Below, in pieces: positions 34,750 to 44,519 of a DNA stretch of 64,000 nt; within the stretch, counting starts at the first letter, position 1; every line of letters begins with the position of its first letter. Origin of the DNA: Saprospiraceae bacterium. Lineage in GTDB: Bacteria > Bacteroidota > Bacteroidia > Chitinophagales > Saprospiraceae. Under the pieces are notes generated by a model, which was not told where the DNA came from, did not search any database, and saw only the letters and a program-made list of their open reading frames with translations. The stretch is taken from positions 5,686 through 69,685 of the forward strand of contig JANRME010000304.1 of NCBI GenBank assembly GCA_033761835.1, written 5' to 3'. The position numbers and the translations under genes are program-made.

Positions 34750-34770
34750 TAAATGTATAATTTACATTTA
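34750..34770. promoter_or_regulatory. Candidate operator palindrome 2 (araB side)
   Basis: TAAATGTA-taatt-TACATTTA, with perfect 8-bp arms and a 5-nt spacer. It shares the GTA-N5-TAC core with palindrome 1. Confidence 0.4.
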
Positions 34771-34776
34771 AATTTG
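34769..34776 (+). promoter_or_regulatory. Candidate -7 promoter element for araB
   Basis: TAAATTTG fits TAnnTTTG, lies 67 nt upstream of the araB ATG, and overlaps the right arm of palindrome 2. Confidence 0.35.
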
Positions 34777-34842
34777 CAAGAACAAAATCCTTGACCATAC
34801 ATTACGAAATATTTGAAATAAGCTATTGAAAATCAAATACAA

Positions 34843-36492
34843 ATGAATTATGTCATTGGAATAGATTTTGGTACAGATAGTGTACGTGCGATTTTGACCG
34901 ATGCGATGAATGGAGTAGAAATCAGCCAATCGGTGCATTATTATAGCCGTTGGAAAGCCGGAAAATATTGCGACTCAGCAACAAATCAATTCCGACAACA
35001 TCCGCTTGACTACTTAGAAGGACTGGAAACTACGATCAAAAATTGCCTCGCTCAAGCGTCGCAAGTGAAACCAGAAGATGTCAAGGGTATCGCTGTGGAT
35101 ACAACGGGTTCGACGCCGGTAGCAGTTGATAAGTATGGCACGCCATTGGCATTATTGCCAGGTTTTGAGGAGAATCCGAATGCGATGTTTATTCTTTGGA
35201 AAGACCATACTGCAGTGGCGGAAGCGGCTGAAATCAATCATATTTCGCGTACTTGGGGCGGGACGGATTTTACAAAATATATCGGGGGCATTTATTCTTC
35301 GGAATGGTTTTGGGCAAAAATTTTGCATACGATCCGTATGGATGAAGCAGTTGCCAATGCTGCTTATTCTTGGATGGAACATTGCGATTGGATTCCAGCG
35401 GTACTCACTGGAAATAAAGATGTGTTGAGCGTAAAACGCAGTCGCTGTGCGGCTGGGCACAAAGCAATGTGGCACGGAGAATGGCAGGGCTTGCCGCCAA
35501 AAGAGTATTTGACATTATTTGACTCACGTTTGGCAGATTTACGCGATCGATTGTTTCGAGATACTTTTACTTCTGATATTTCGGCTGGTAAGCTAAGTAA
35601 AACATGGGCGGACAAATTGGGCTTGAGTGAAAATGTTGTTGTCGCTGTAGGTACCTTCGATGCACACGCAGGGGGCTTGGGTGCTGAAATCGAGCCTTAC
35701 AGCTTGGTGAAAGTAATGGGAACCTCTACATGTGATATTATGGTCGCGCCTTTTGAAGAAATTGGCAATAAGTTGGTCCGCGGTATTTGCGGTCAGGTGG
35801 ATGGCTCGGTGATACCAGGAATGCTGGGCTTAGAGGCAGGTCAATCCGCTTTTGGGGATTTGTTGGCTTGGTTTCGGGATGTGGCACTTTGGGCAGTGCA
35901 AAACAGCCGTGATATTAGCGAGGATGCCAAAAACAAGATTGCAGAAAACCTGATTACCCAACTTTCTGAAGCAGCCGCAAAAATCCCACCGAAAATTGAT
36001 AGCGTTGTGGCGCTCGATTGGGTTAACGGTAGGCGTACGCCCGATGCAAATCAAGCGCTTAAAGGTGCGATCATGGGGCTGAATATGGGTAGCGATGCAC
36101 CAGCCATTTTCCGGGCAATGGTAGAAGCAATTTGTTTTGGATCGAAGCGTATTGTCGAGCGATTCCAAGAGGAAGGCGTTGAAATCAAACAAGTCGTGGG
36201 CATTGGCGGCGTTGCAAAAAAGTCGGCTTTTGTGATGCAAACGCTGGCGGATGTCTTGAATATGCCGATTAAGGTTGCGACTTCTGAGCAAGCACCTTCG
36301 TTAGGCGCGGCAATGCTGGCAGCTACGGCGGCAGGGATTTATGCAAATGTAGAAGATGCACGGCGAGTTATGGGCAATGGTTTTGACAAAACGTATCATC
36401 CGATGCCAGAACACGTACCGATTTACGAGCAATTGTATGCAAAGTACTTAAAATTAGGCGCTTTCGTAGAAGAAAATACACCGACATTTTAA
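34843..36492 (+). CDS. araB: Ribulokinase (FGGY family)
   Basis: 549 aa. FGGY N-terminus IGIDFGTDSVRA. The length and blocks are typical of AraB, and the gene is adjacent to araD and araA. Confidence 0.9.
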   Translation: MNYVIGIDFGTDSVRAILTDAMNGVEISQSVHYYSRWKAGKYCDSATNQFRQHPLDYLEGLETTIKNCLAQASQVKPEDVKGIAVDTTGSTPVAVDKYGTPLALLPGFEENPNAMFILWKDHTAVAEAAEINHISRTWGGTDFTKYIGGIYSSEWFWAKILHTIRMDEAVANAAYSWMEHCDWIPAVLTGNKDVLSVKRSRCAAGHKAMWHGEWQGLPPKEYLTLFDSRLADLRDRLFRDTFTSDISAGKLSKTWADKLGLSENVVVAVGTFDAHAGGLGAEIEPYSLVKVMGTSTCDIMVAPFEEIGNKLVRGICGQVDGSVIPGMLGLEAGQSAFGDLLAWFRDVALWAVQNSRDISEDAKNKIAENLITQLSEAAAKIPPKIDSVVALDWVNGRRTPDANQALKGAIMGLNMGSDAPAIFRAMVEAICFGSKRIVERFQEEGVEIKQVVGIGGVAKKSAFVMQTLADVLNMPIKVATSEQAPSLGAAMLAATAAGIYANVEDARRVMGNGFDKTYHPMPEHVPIYEQLYAKYLKLGAFVEENTPTF

Positions 36493-36494
36493 AT

Positions 36495-37199
36495 ATGAGT
36501 GATTATCAGTATATAAAAGAGATTTGTTACGAGGCAAATATGCAATTACCCAAACTTGGTTTGGTATTATTCACTTTTGGCAATGTCAGTGTGGTAGATC
36601 GTGAAAAAAACGTATTTGCTATCAAGCCTTCGGGCGTCCCTTATGAAAAACTCCGCCCGGAAAATATTGTCATTCTTGATTTTGATGCAATATTAGTGGA
36701 AGGCAATATGCGTCCATCATCGGATACAAAAACCCATGCGGCTTTGTACCAGCATTGGGAAAGAATTGGAGCGATTGTGCATACACATTCGACGTATGCT
36801 ACGGCTTGGGCGCAAACGCAATTGGATATTCCGATTCTGGGTACAACCCATGCGGATCATCTCACGGTGGACGTGCCTTGTGCGCCGCCGATGAGTGATG
36901 AGATGATAAAAGGTGATTATGAGTATGAAACTGGTTTTCAAATAATTAATGATTTTGAGCGACGAGGCTATTCTTATGACGAAGTGGAAATGATTTTACT
37001 GGGCAATCACGCGCCTTTCACTTGGGGTAAAACGGCCGAAAAGGCAGTATATAATAGCGCTGTGCTGGAAGAAATTGCCAAAATGGCGTATTTGAGTTGC
37101 ACCATTCGACCCGATGTGCCACGATTGAAAGAAGCATTGATTCAGAAACATTATGAGCGAAAGCACGGCAAAAATGCCTATTATGGTCAAAATGAATGA
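36495..37199 (+). CDS. araD: L-ribulose-5-phosphate 4-epimerase
   Basis: Class II aldolase/adducin fold. Contains FTFGNVS, IKPSGV and VHTHSTYATAWA. Confidence 0.9.
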   Translation: MSDYQYIKEICYEANMQLPKLGLVLFTFGNVSVVDREKNVFAIKPSGVPYEKLRPENIVILDFDAILVEGNMRPSSDTKTHAALYQHWERIGAIVHTHSTYATAWAQTQLDIPILGTTHADHLTVDVPCAPPMSDEMIKGDYEYETGFQIINDFERRGYSYDEVEMILLGNHAPFTWGKTAEKAVYNSAVLEEIAKMAYLSCTIRPDVPRLKEALIQKHYERKHGKNAYYGQNE

Positions 37200-37222
37200 T
37201 TAACGAATATTAAAAAGATAAT

Positions 37223-38782
37223 ATGAAAAAGAGACGACTATTACCCTTGATGAGCACCCTGTTGTTAATGCAGGCGATGGCTTTTGGACAACAACAGGCG
37301 GATGTAAGCATTATTGTCAATGCAGATCAAAGTAAATATACTATCAACAAACACATCTATGGTCATTTTGCAGAGCATTTGGGCAGGTGTATATATGGCG
37401 GCTTTTATGTTGGAGAAGATAATCAAAAAATTCCTAATACAAATGGCGTTCGCAATGACGTTGTTCAAGCGCTGAAGGAATTAAAAATTCCCAATTTGCG
37501 CTGGCCCGGCGGTTGCTTTGCAGATACTTATCACTGGAAGGATGGAATTGGGCCCAAAAAAGACCGCCCAACGATGGTTAATCAATGGTGGGGCGGCGTC
37601 ACCGAAGATAATAGCTTTGGCACGCATGATTTTTTGAATATGTGCGAATTGTTAAATACGGAACCTTATTTATCGGTCAATGTGGGCAGCGGTACCGTAA
37701 AAGAAGTTGCAGATTGGGTGCAATATGTCAATCATGATGGTATAAGCCCAATGGCTACTTTGCGTAAAGAAAATGGACGGGAAAAACCCTGGAATGTAAA
37801 ATATTGGGGCATGGGTAATGAAGCTTGGGGCTGCGGCGGTAATATGACGGCAGAATATTATGCGAACATTTACCGGCAGTATGCAACCTTTGTTTCTGAT
37901 TGGACCAATAGCAAACAAATACAACGTATCGCTTCTGGCGCAAGCGATGATGATTATCACTGGACGGAAGTGCTAATGCGGGACGTGCCAAGAAATTTAA
38001 TCGAAGGGGTGGCATTACATCATTATTCTGTTATTAATTGGGGTAATAAAGGTTCTGCAACGGATTTCTCTGAAGACCAGTATTTTAGTACTATGAGACA
38101 GGCCTTATTAATGGATGAATTAATAACAAAGCATACCAATATCATGGATCGTTATGATCCAAGTAAAAGAATAGCACTTGTAGTGGATGAGTGGGGTGGC
38201 TGGTATGATGTAGAACCAGGAACAAACGGTGCATTTTTATATCAGCAAAATACCATGCGCGATGCTGTGTTAGCTGGCGCCACACTGAATATTTTTAACA
38301 ATCATGCAGATAGAGTTAGGATGGCGAATTTGGCACAAACGATTAATGTATTGCAGGCTGTTATTTTAACGAATGAGACAAAAATGCTTTTGACACCGAC
38401 TTACCATGTAATGAAAATGTATAATGTACATCAAGATGCGAAGCTACTGCCAATTAATATAAATAATATAATGTATAAGCAAGGCGATCGGGAACTACCT
38501 GCTGTTTCAACTTCTGTATCACAGGATGCTAATGGGGCTATTCATATTTCTTTAGTGAATGTTGATCCGAACAAAGAGCACTCTGTGGCGTTACGGATTC
38601 GGGGAGCAGCTTTCAAAATAGTGAGCGGTTCGATATTGACTTCACAGAAACTACAGGATCACAATACTTTTGATCATCCTGACAAGGTGAAGCCGGTTGC
38701 ATTTAAAGATTTCAAAAAAGAGGATGATCTTTTGTCTGTAAAAATGCCGCCATTTTCGGTTATTGTGCTTGAATTAAAGTAA
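37223..38782 (+). CDS. GH51 alpha-L-arabinofuranosidase, secreted
   Basis: Signal peptide. WGMGNEAWG carries the acid/base Glu in GNE, and LVVDEWGGWY carries the nucleophile Glu. Confidence 0.85.
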   Translation: MKKRRLLPLMSTLLLMQAMAFGQQQADVSIIVNADQSKYTINKHIYGHFAEHLGRCIYGGFYVGEDNQKIPNTNGVRNDVVQALKELKIPNLRWPGGCFADTYHWKDGIGPKKDRPTMVNQWWGGVTEDNSFGTHDFLNMCELLNTEPYLSVNVGSGTVKEVADWVQYVNHDGISPMATLRKENGREKPWNVKYWGMGNEAWGCGGNMTAEYYANIYRQYATFVSDWTNSKQIQRIASGASDDDYHWTEVLMRDVPRNLIEGVALHHYSVINWGNKGSATDFSEDQYFSTMRQALLMDELITKHTNIMDRYDPSKRIALVVDEWGGWYDVEPGTNGAFLYQQNTMRDAVLAGATLNIFNNHADRVRMANLAQTINVLQAVILTNETKMLLTPTYHVMKMYNVHQDAKLLPININNIMYKQGDRELPAVSTSVSQDANGAIHISLVNVDPNKEHSVALRIRGAAFKIVSGSILTSQKLQDHNTFDHPDKVKPVAFKDFKKEDDLLSVKMPPFSVIVLELK

Positions 38783-38811
38783 ACTGTAAGCAAAAGGTTA
38801 ATAGCACATTA

Positions 38812-39483
38812 ATGAAAATTCAGGGATTTATTTTTGATATGGACGGTACGATGGTGGACAATATGATGGTGCATCATCGCGCATGGCAACGGAAATTAGC
38901 CGAACTGGGTTTGGAAATGAATTTAGAAGAAGTGCGACAGAGCATTCATGGGATTAATGAAGAAATTTTAGAGCGTTTGTTTGGCGAACGATTCAGTTTG
39001 GAAGAGCGAAAACGCATTTCATCTGAGAAAGAAGCGGCTTATCGAGAGATTTTTTTACCCGAATTGAAATTATTGGACGGTTTATCCGATTTTTTACAAT
39101 CCGCTTTTGAAAAAGGCATTGTAATGGGCGTCGGAACAGCTGCGCCTATTGAAAATGTGGACTTTGTATTGGACCATTTGAATATTCGGCATTACTTCAA
39201 AGCGGTCATTCATGCTGGGTTAGTTTCCAAAGGAAAGCCAGACCCTGAAGTTTGGAAAAAAGTTGCAGAAGGCATGGATCTTAATTTGGAGCATTGCCTG
39301 GTGTTTGAAGATAGCCCTACGGGTACAGAAGCAGCACGGCGTGCGGGTTGCCCGACTTATGTGGTCACTACGACGCATATGCAGGAGGAGTTTGCACAAT
39401 TTCCCAATATAGTAGGCTTTTTAGAGGATTTTACAACCATCAGCATCGAAGAGATACTTCAGGGAGTTTATTTTTACAAGTAA
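38812..39483 (+). CDS. HAD-superfamily hydrolase (beta-phosphoglucomutase-like subfamily IA)
   Basis: Motif [13 protein letters not shown], plus the later GKPDPEV and FEDSPTG blocks. Confidence 0.8.
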   Translation: MKIQGFIFDMDGTMVDNMMVHHRAWQRKLAELGLEMNLEEVRQSIHGINEEILERLFGERFSLEERKRISSEKEAAYREIFLPELKLLDGLSDFLQSAFEKGIVMGVGTAAPIENVDFVLDHLNIRHYFKAVIHAGLVSKGKPDPEVWKKVAEGMDLNLEHCLVFEDSPTGTEAARRAGCPTYVVTTTHMQEEFAQFPNIVGFLEDFTTISIEEILQGVYFYK

Positions 39484-39508
39484 AAATATTAAAAAACGAG
39501 GATTGGTC

Positions 39509-41002
39509 ATGATGGAAAGTTTGAAAAAACTCGAAATTTGGTTTGTGACGGGCAGCCAGCATTTGTATGGCGAGGAGACCTTAAAACAAGTAGCAGAGCA
39601 TTCACAAGTTATTACAAAGGAACTAAATAATAATTCTAATATTCCGGTTACCATTGTATTTAAGCCTGTGTTGACAACACCAGATGCGATTTATCGGCTT
39701 TGTTTGGATGCCAACTCTGCTGAAAATTGTATTGGATTGATTGGCTGGATGCATACTTTTTCGCCTGCAAAAATGTGGATTCGAGGTTTAAAAATATTAC
39801 AAAAACCGCTATTGCATTTGCATACACAATACAACCGCGACATCCCCTGGGCTTCGATTGATATGGATTTTATGAATCTGAATCAGTCGGCACATGGAGA
39901 TCGAGAGTTTGGATTTATCGGTACGCGGATGCGGATGAATCGAAAAGTAGTGGTGGGGCATTGGCAGGATACAGAGGTGGTTGAGCGAATAAGCGTATGG
40001 TCTCGAGTGGCAGCAGCTTGGCATGATTGGCAGGGCGCAAAGTTTGCTCGTTTGGGCGACAATATGCGACAAGTGGCTGTTACTGAGGGGGATAAAGTTG
40101 AAGCTGAATTGCAATTTGGCTACTCGGTAAATGGCTATGGCATAGGCGATTTGGTGAAATATGTGAATGAAGTAAATGATAATCAAATAAATGATTTAAT
40201 AAGTATTTACCTTGAAACTTATAATGTAGTAAATATTTTGCATAAAAATGGCGTGCAACATAATGCTCTACGCGAAGCAGCACGGATTGAAATAGGATTA
40301 AGCACGTTTTTACAAGATGGCGGCTTTAAAGGATTTACCGATACTTTTGAGGATTTACATGGCTTGGAGCAGTTGCCAGGCATTGCTGTGCAAAGATTGA
40401 TGGCACGAGGATATGGTTTCGGCGCAGAAGGCGATTGGAAAACGGCTGCTTTGGTGCGTGCCATGAAAGTAATGGCTACGGGCTTGCCAGGTGGCAATTC
40501 TTTTATGGAAGATTATACGTATCATTTTCATCCGAATGGGATGGCGGTGTTAGGGGCGCACATGCTTGAAATATGTGAAGGAATAGCAGAGGGGCGACCC
40601 AACTGCGAAATTCATCCACTTGGTATCGGCGGCAAAGCCGATCCCGTAAGGTTGGTGTTCAATGTTGCCGCGGGCGAAGCACTCAATGCTTCCATGATTG
40701 ATATGGGCAATCGTTTCCGTATCTTGGTCAACGAAGTAGAAGCCATCAAGCCGGAAGCAGATTTGCCGAAACTACCAGTAGCAAGAGTGTTGTGGCGTTG
40801 TAAACCGGATTTAAAAACCGCAGCAACGGCGTGGATACTGGCGGGCGGCGCGCATCATACTTGTTATAGCCAAAATTTGACGGCGGAATATTTAGAGGAT
40901 TTCGCGGCTATAGCTGGCATTGAATATGTTTTAATTAATGAAAAAACAGATTTGTATCAATTCAAAAATGAGTTGCGTTGGAATGAAATGTATTACAAGT
41001 AA
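39509..41002 (+). CDS. araA: L-arabinose isomerase
   Basis: Hallmark N-terminus [15 protein letters not shown]. The length is about 497 aa. ATG at 39509; the listed ORF begins at a TTG at 39503. Confidence 0.95.
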   Translation: MMESLKKLEIWFVTGSQHLYGEETLKQVAEHSQVITKELNNNSNIPVTIVFKPVLTTPDAIYRLCLDANSAENCIGLIGWMHTFSPAKMWIRGLKILQKPLLHLHTQYNRDIPWASIDMDFMNLNQSAHGDREFGFIGTRMRMNRKVVVGHWQDTEVVERISVWSRVAAAWHDWQGAKFARLGDNMRQVAVTEGDKVEAELQFGYSVNGYGIGDLVKYVNEVNDNQINDLISIYLETYNVVNILHKNGVQHNALREAARIEIGLSTFLQDGGFKGFTDTFEDLHGLEQLPGIAVQRLMARGYGFGAEGDWKTAALVRAMKVMATGLPGGNSFMEDYTYHFHPNGMAVLGAHMLEICEGIAEGRPNCEIHPLGIGGKADPVRLVFNVAAGEALNASMIDMGNRFRILVNEVEAIKPEADLPKLPVARVLWRCKPDLKTAATAWILAGGAHHTCYSQNLTAEYLEDFAAIAGIEYVLINEKTDLYQFKNELRWNEMYYK

Positions 41003-41051
41003 AGTAATTTCATTATGAGTTAAACTCCGATATATTACCTCTTTGGATCAG

Positions 41052-41106
41052 CCTATAAGGTTTTTTTTAATCTTATAGGTTTATTGTGAAAGATTTATTT
41101 CACAAT
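41052..41106 (+). terminator. Two consecutive hairpins after araA (candidate terminator)
   Basis: First hairpin: cctataag (41052-41059) with cttatagg (41072-41079) around a T8 loop. Second hairpin: attgtgaaa (41083-41091) with tttcacaat (41098-41106). Confidence 0.45.
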
Positions 41107-41145
41107 GTAATAATTGATAGATAATGATTATTTAAATAATATAAT

Positions 41146-42285
41146 ATGAAACGACTAAACCTGACCCTATTCACCTTGGCGCTGCTCTCGATAGTTGCTT
41201 GCAAGCAGGTGTCCAAACAAGAAGATACGACTTCAAAACCAGCCTTTAAGGTAGAAAAAATGCCTTTTGGAAAGGTGGGCGAAGAGGAAATTACCTTATA
41301 CAAACTGTCCACGCCAAGTGGTTTTACGGTCGAAATAATCAATTACGGCGCGGCCATTGTATCCATTCTTGCGCCTGATAAAAATGGCGAAATGGGCAAT
41401 GTGGTGCTGGGTTTTGACTCTTTATCCGGCTACTTGCAAGCTGGAAATCCTTATTTTGGTTGTATCGCAGGTCGTTATGCCAATCGTATTGCCAAAGCGC
41501 AGTTTAAACTCGATGGCACAACTTATAAACTTGCCGCCAATAATGGCCAAAATACCTTGCATGGTGGACTAAAAGGATTTGATAAAGTGGTATGGGCCGC
41601 GGAAGAAAGCGTGGGCGATTCTTCTGCATCTTTGATGTTGACATATTTGAGCCCGGATGGCGAAGAAGGTTATCCTGGAAATCTTATGGCCGGCGTGGTT
41701 TACACGGTTACGAACGACAATGCACTCCGGATTCAATACAAAGCGACAACGGATAAAGCGACGCCTGTTAACTTGACCAATCATGCTTATTTCAATCTGG
41801 GTGCCGGCAAAACGCCTGATATTCTTGGGCATGAATTAATGCTTAATGCTGACGATTACACGCCTGTGGACGCTACTTTGATTCCAACCGGAAAAATTGA
41901 ATCGGTGAAAGGCGGTTCAATGGATTTTACGAGCGCGAAGCCCATTGGTAGAGATTTGGCGCAAGTAGAAGGCGGATACGACCATAATTTTATTCTGAAT
42001 AAAACCGGAAATGGCCTGTCATTAGCAGCGACTTTGTACGAGCCCACTTCGGGTAGAATGATGGAAATGCAGACCACCGAACCGGCGGTTCAATTCTACT
42101 CGGGCAATTTTTTAAATGGAGGGCTTACAAATGAAGATGGGAAGACAATTGTGAAGCATTACGGACTTTGCCTAGAAGCACAGCATTATCCGGATTCACC
42201 TAACCAACCTAATTTTCCAAATACCATCTTAAAACCAGGTGAAACTTATACGCAAACTACAATGTACCGCTTTTCAATAAAATAA
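41146..42285 (+). CDS. Aldose 1-epimerase (mutarotase), lipoprotein
   Basis: Contains NLTNHAYFNL plus the GalM-type blocks GGLKGFDKVVW and EAQHYPDSPN. N-terminal lipobox at LALLSIVAC. Confidence 0.85.
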   Translation: MKRLNLTLFTLALLSIVACKQVSKQEDTTSKPAFKVEKMPFGKVGEEEITLYKLSTPSGFTVEIINYGAAIVSILAPDKNGEMGNVVLGFDSLSGYLQAGNPYFGCIAGRYANRIAKAQFKLDGTTYKLAANNGQNTLHGGLKGFDKVVWAAEESVGDSSASLMLTYLSPDGEEGYPGNLMAGVVYTVTNDNALRIQYKATTDKATPVNLTNHAYFNLGAGKTPDILGHELMLNADDYTPVDATLIPTGKIESVKGGSMDFTSAKPIGRDLAQVEGGYDHNFILNKTGNGLSLAATLYEPTSGRMMEMQTTEPAVQFYSGNFLNGGLTNEDGKTIVKHYGLCLEAQHYPDSPNQPNFPNTILKPGETYTQTTMYRFSIK

Positions 42286-42404
42286 ATTTTGATAATTAAA
42301 ACTGAATGATTAATCTTGATTTGTAAAAATTTTATAAAAACAACCGATTGAGAATTATATTTTTAATGTAAATAACATCATAACACCTTTAACTCAAATT
42401 CAAT

Positions 42405-44021
42405 ATGAAAGGTTTTGAAACATTAGACTGGGTGGTAATCGGGATTTATTTTGCGATGCTCTTAGGCATTGCCCTTTGGGTAATCACCCGCCGTCAAAAG
42501 AACACCGAAGATTACTTTTTGGCGGGCCGCAACATTGGCTGGTTTGTTGTAGGCGCCTCTATTTTTGCTTCCAATATTGGCTCGGAGCACGTTGTCGGGT
42601 TAGCTGGTGCAGGTGCCGGTGGCAAAATCCCAATGCTCATTTATGAACTACACGCCTGGTTAGTCATCACGCTTGGCTGGGTATTTCTGCCCTTTTATAT
42701 TCGAAGTGGCATATTCACTACACCTGAATTTTTGGAACGCCGCTTTAATGAGAATACCCGGTGGTTTTTGAGTATTTTCTCCCTATTAGCTTATGTTTTG
42801 ACTAAAGTATCGGTGACTGTTTATGCTGGCGGCATTGTTATCGCTTCACTCTTGGGCATTGACTTTTGGTTTGGCGCTTTGATTACAGTGGTACTCACTG
42901 GTGCTTACACTGTGCTTGGCGGTATGAGGGCGGTGGTTTATACCGAAGCCTTACAAACCGTTGTTCTGATTATTGGCGCGGCTACATTGACTTTTGTAGG
43001 ACTCAACGCGGTCGGCGGTTGGGAAGGTATGAGAGCTTCCTTAGAACCCGGATATCTTAATATGTGGCGGCCAGCTTCTGATCCAAATTTCCCCTGGCCA
43101 AGTTTGGTGATAACCAGTACGATTGTAGGAACCTGGTATTGGTGTACCGATCAATATATTGTGCAAAGAGCTTTGGCTGCCAGAAACATAACCCAGGGAC
43201 GGCGGGGTACGATTTTCGGGGGTTTGCTTAAATTAATGCCGGTATTTTTATTTTTAATCCCGGGAGTCGTTGCTTTAGCTTTGAAAAATAGAGGAGAATT
43301 GAATTGGGATACACCCGATCAAGCATTTGCAACTTTATTGATGGAAAAAATGCCCACAGGCTTGAAGGGCTTGGTTGCTGCGGGGCTTCTGGCAGCGCTG
43401 ATGAGCTCCTTGGCCTCGGTATTTAATTCCTGCTCCACGCTATTCACTGTTGATATTTATAAAAAATTACGTCCTGATACGCCGGAGACTAAATTACTTC
43501 GAGTTGGACGTATCGCCACGGGTATTGTTGTAATATTGGGTATCGCCTGGATTCCAATTATGCAAAATATCTCTGGAGTTTTGTACGAATACCTTCAATC
43601 GGTACAATCTTATATTGCGCCGCCGATTACCGCCGTATTCTTACTGGGAATTTTCTCCAAACGTATCAATAGCACAGGTGCGATGGCTACCTTGATAGCC
43701 GGCTTGAGTGTTGCGGTTGTTCGATTGGTACTGGAATTGAGCAAGGATTCCTTGGATCCTGATAGTATTTTCTTTGCTTTTGGCAACATGAATTTTTTGA
43801 CTTTTGCAGCCTGGTTTTTCTTATTTTCGGTGATTATTTGTATCGGAGTGAGTTTACTGACACCTGCGCCTTCTGTTGAAAAAATTCAAGGATTGACATA
43901 TGGCACACTTACAGCCGAACAAAAAGCGGCGAACCGCGCCAGCTATAGCGTTTGGGATGTAGTATTCTCGGTTATCGTGATTGGAATCGTAGCTTATGTA
44001 ATGATAAGTTTTACGGGTTAG
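42405..44021 (+). CDS. Sodium:solute symporter (SSF/SGLT family)
   Basis: 538 aa with about 13-14 TM segments. The N-terminal block YFLAGRNIGWFVVGASIFASNIGSEH is typical of SSF. Confidence 0.85.
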   Translation: MKGFETLDWVVIGIYFAMLLGIALWVITRRQKNTEDYFLAGRNIGWFVVGASIFASNIGSEHVVGLAGAGAGGKIPMLIYELHAWLVITLGWVFLPFYIRSGIFTTPEFLERRFNENTRWFLSIFSLLAYVLTKVSVTVYAGGIVIASLLGIDFWFGALITVVLTGAYTVLGGMRAVVYTEALQTVVLIIGAATLTFVGLNAVGGWEGMRASLEPGYLNMWRPASDPNFPWPSLVITSTIVGTWYWCTDQYIVQRALAARNITQGRRGTIFGGLLKLMPVFLFLIPGVVALALKNRGELNWDTPDQAFATLLMEKMPTGLKGLVAAGLLAALMSSLASVFNSCSTLFTVDIYKKLRPDTPETKLLRVGRIATGIVVILGIAWIPIMQNISGVLYEYLQSVQSYIAPPITAVFLLGIFSKRINSTGAMATLIAGLSVAVVRLVLELSKDSLDPDSIFFAFGNMNFLTFAAWFFLFSVIICIGVSLLTPAPSVEKIQGLTYGTLTAEQKAANRASYSVWDVVFSVIVIGIVAYVMISFTG

Positions 44022-44066
44022 GATGGTTTTTTAAGCATAAAATTGGATAAAAATGAAGCCGAAACG

Positions 44067-44105
44067 CCTCTTTTCGGTACTGTTCATCGGTACCGAGGGG
44101 TTTTT
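44067..44105 (+). terminator. Candidate terminator after the symporter gene
   Basis: cggtac (44075-44080) pairs with gtaccg (44090-44095). The stem extends through cctc/gagg across a tttt bulge and is followed by g + ttttt. Confidence 0.5.
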
Positions 44106-44519
44106 ATATACCCAAACCGCATCTACCGTTACGATTGAAGATGATAAAAGAGCAGCATGTTTTCAGCAAAAGTATGTTCGGGAAAAGGTTTATAATGTGC
44201 ACGTGATACCTCGCTGGTTTGAGTATTTCACTCGATTTTAGTATGAAATCAGCTAAAAAAGGTAAAAAGAATTCAGACCAATACTGCTAATTTAAAAGGT
44301 AAACTTTGAATATTTTAATAAAAAGGGGATGAATTATTTTGTAGAACATTAAACTTGTTCGAAAATAGATTTGCTAAATCTCCAAGATTTTAGTAAATAT
44401 TTGATTATTAAAAGATTAATAATTTATTTTTGAACAACTCTATTTATTGAGTGTAACGGTGATTTGGGATTTTTAAATATTAATAATTTTTAGCTTAAGA
44501 TTATTATAAATTGAATGGT

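Noticed and set aside
44053-44241. 62-aa ORF downstream of the symporter
   Set aside because: It starts inside the candidate terminator hairpin and has no signal, motif or coding-like composition. It lies in an AT-rich intergenic region.
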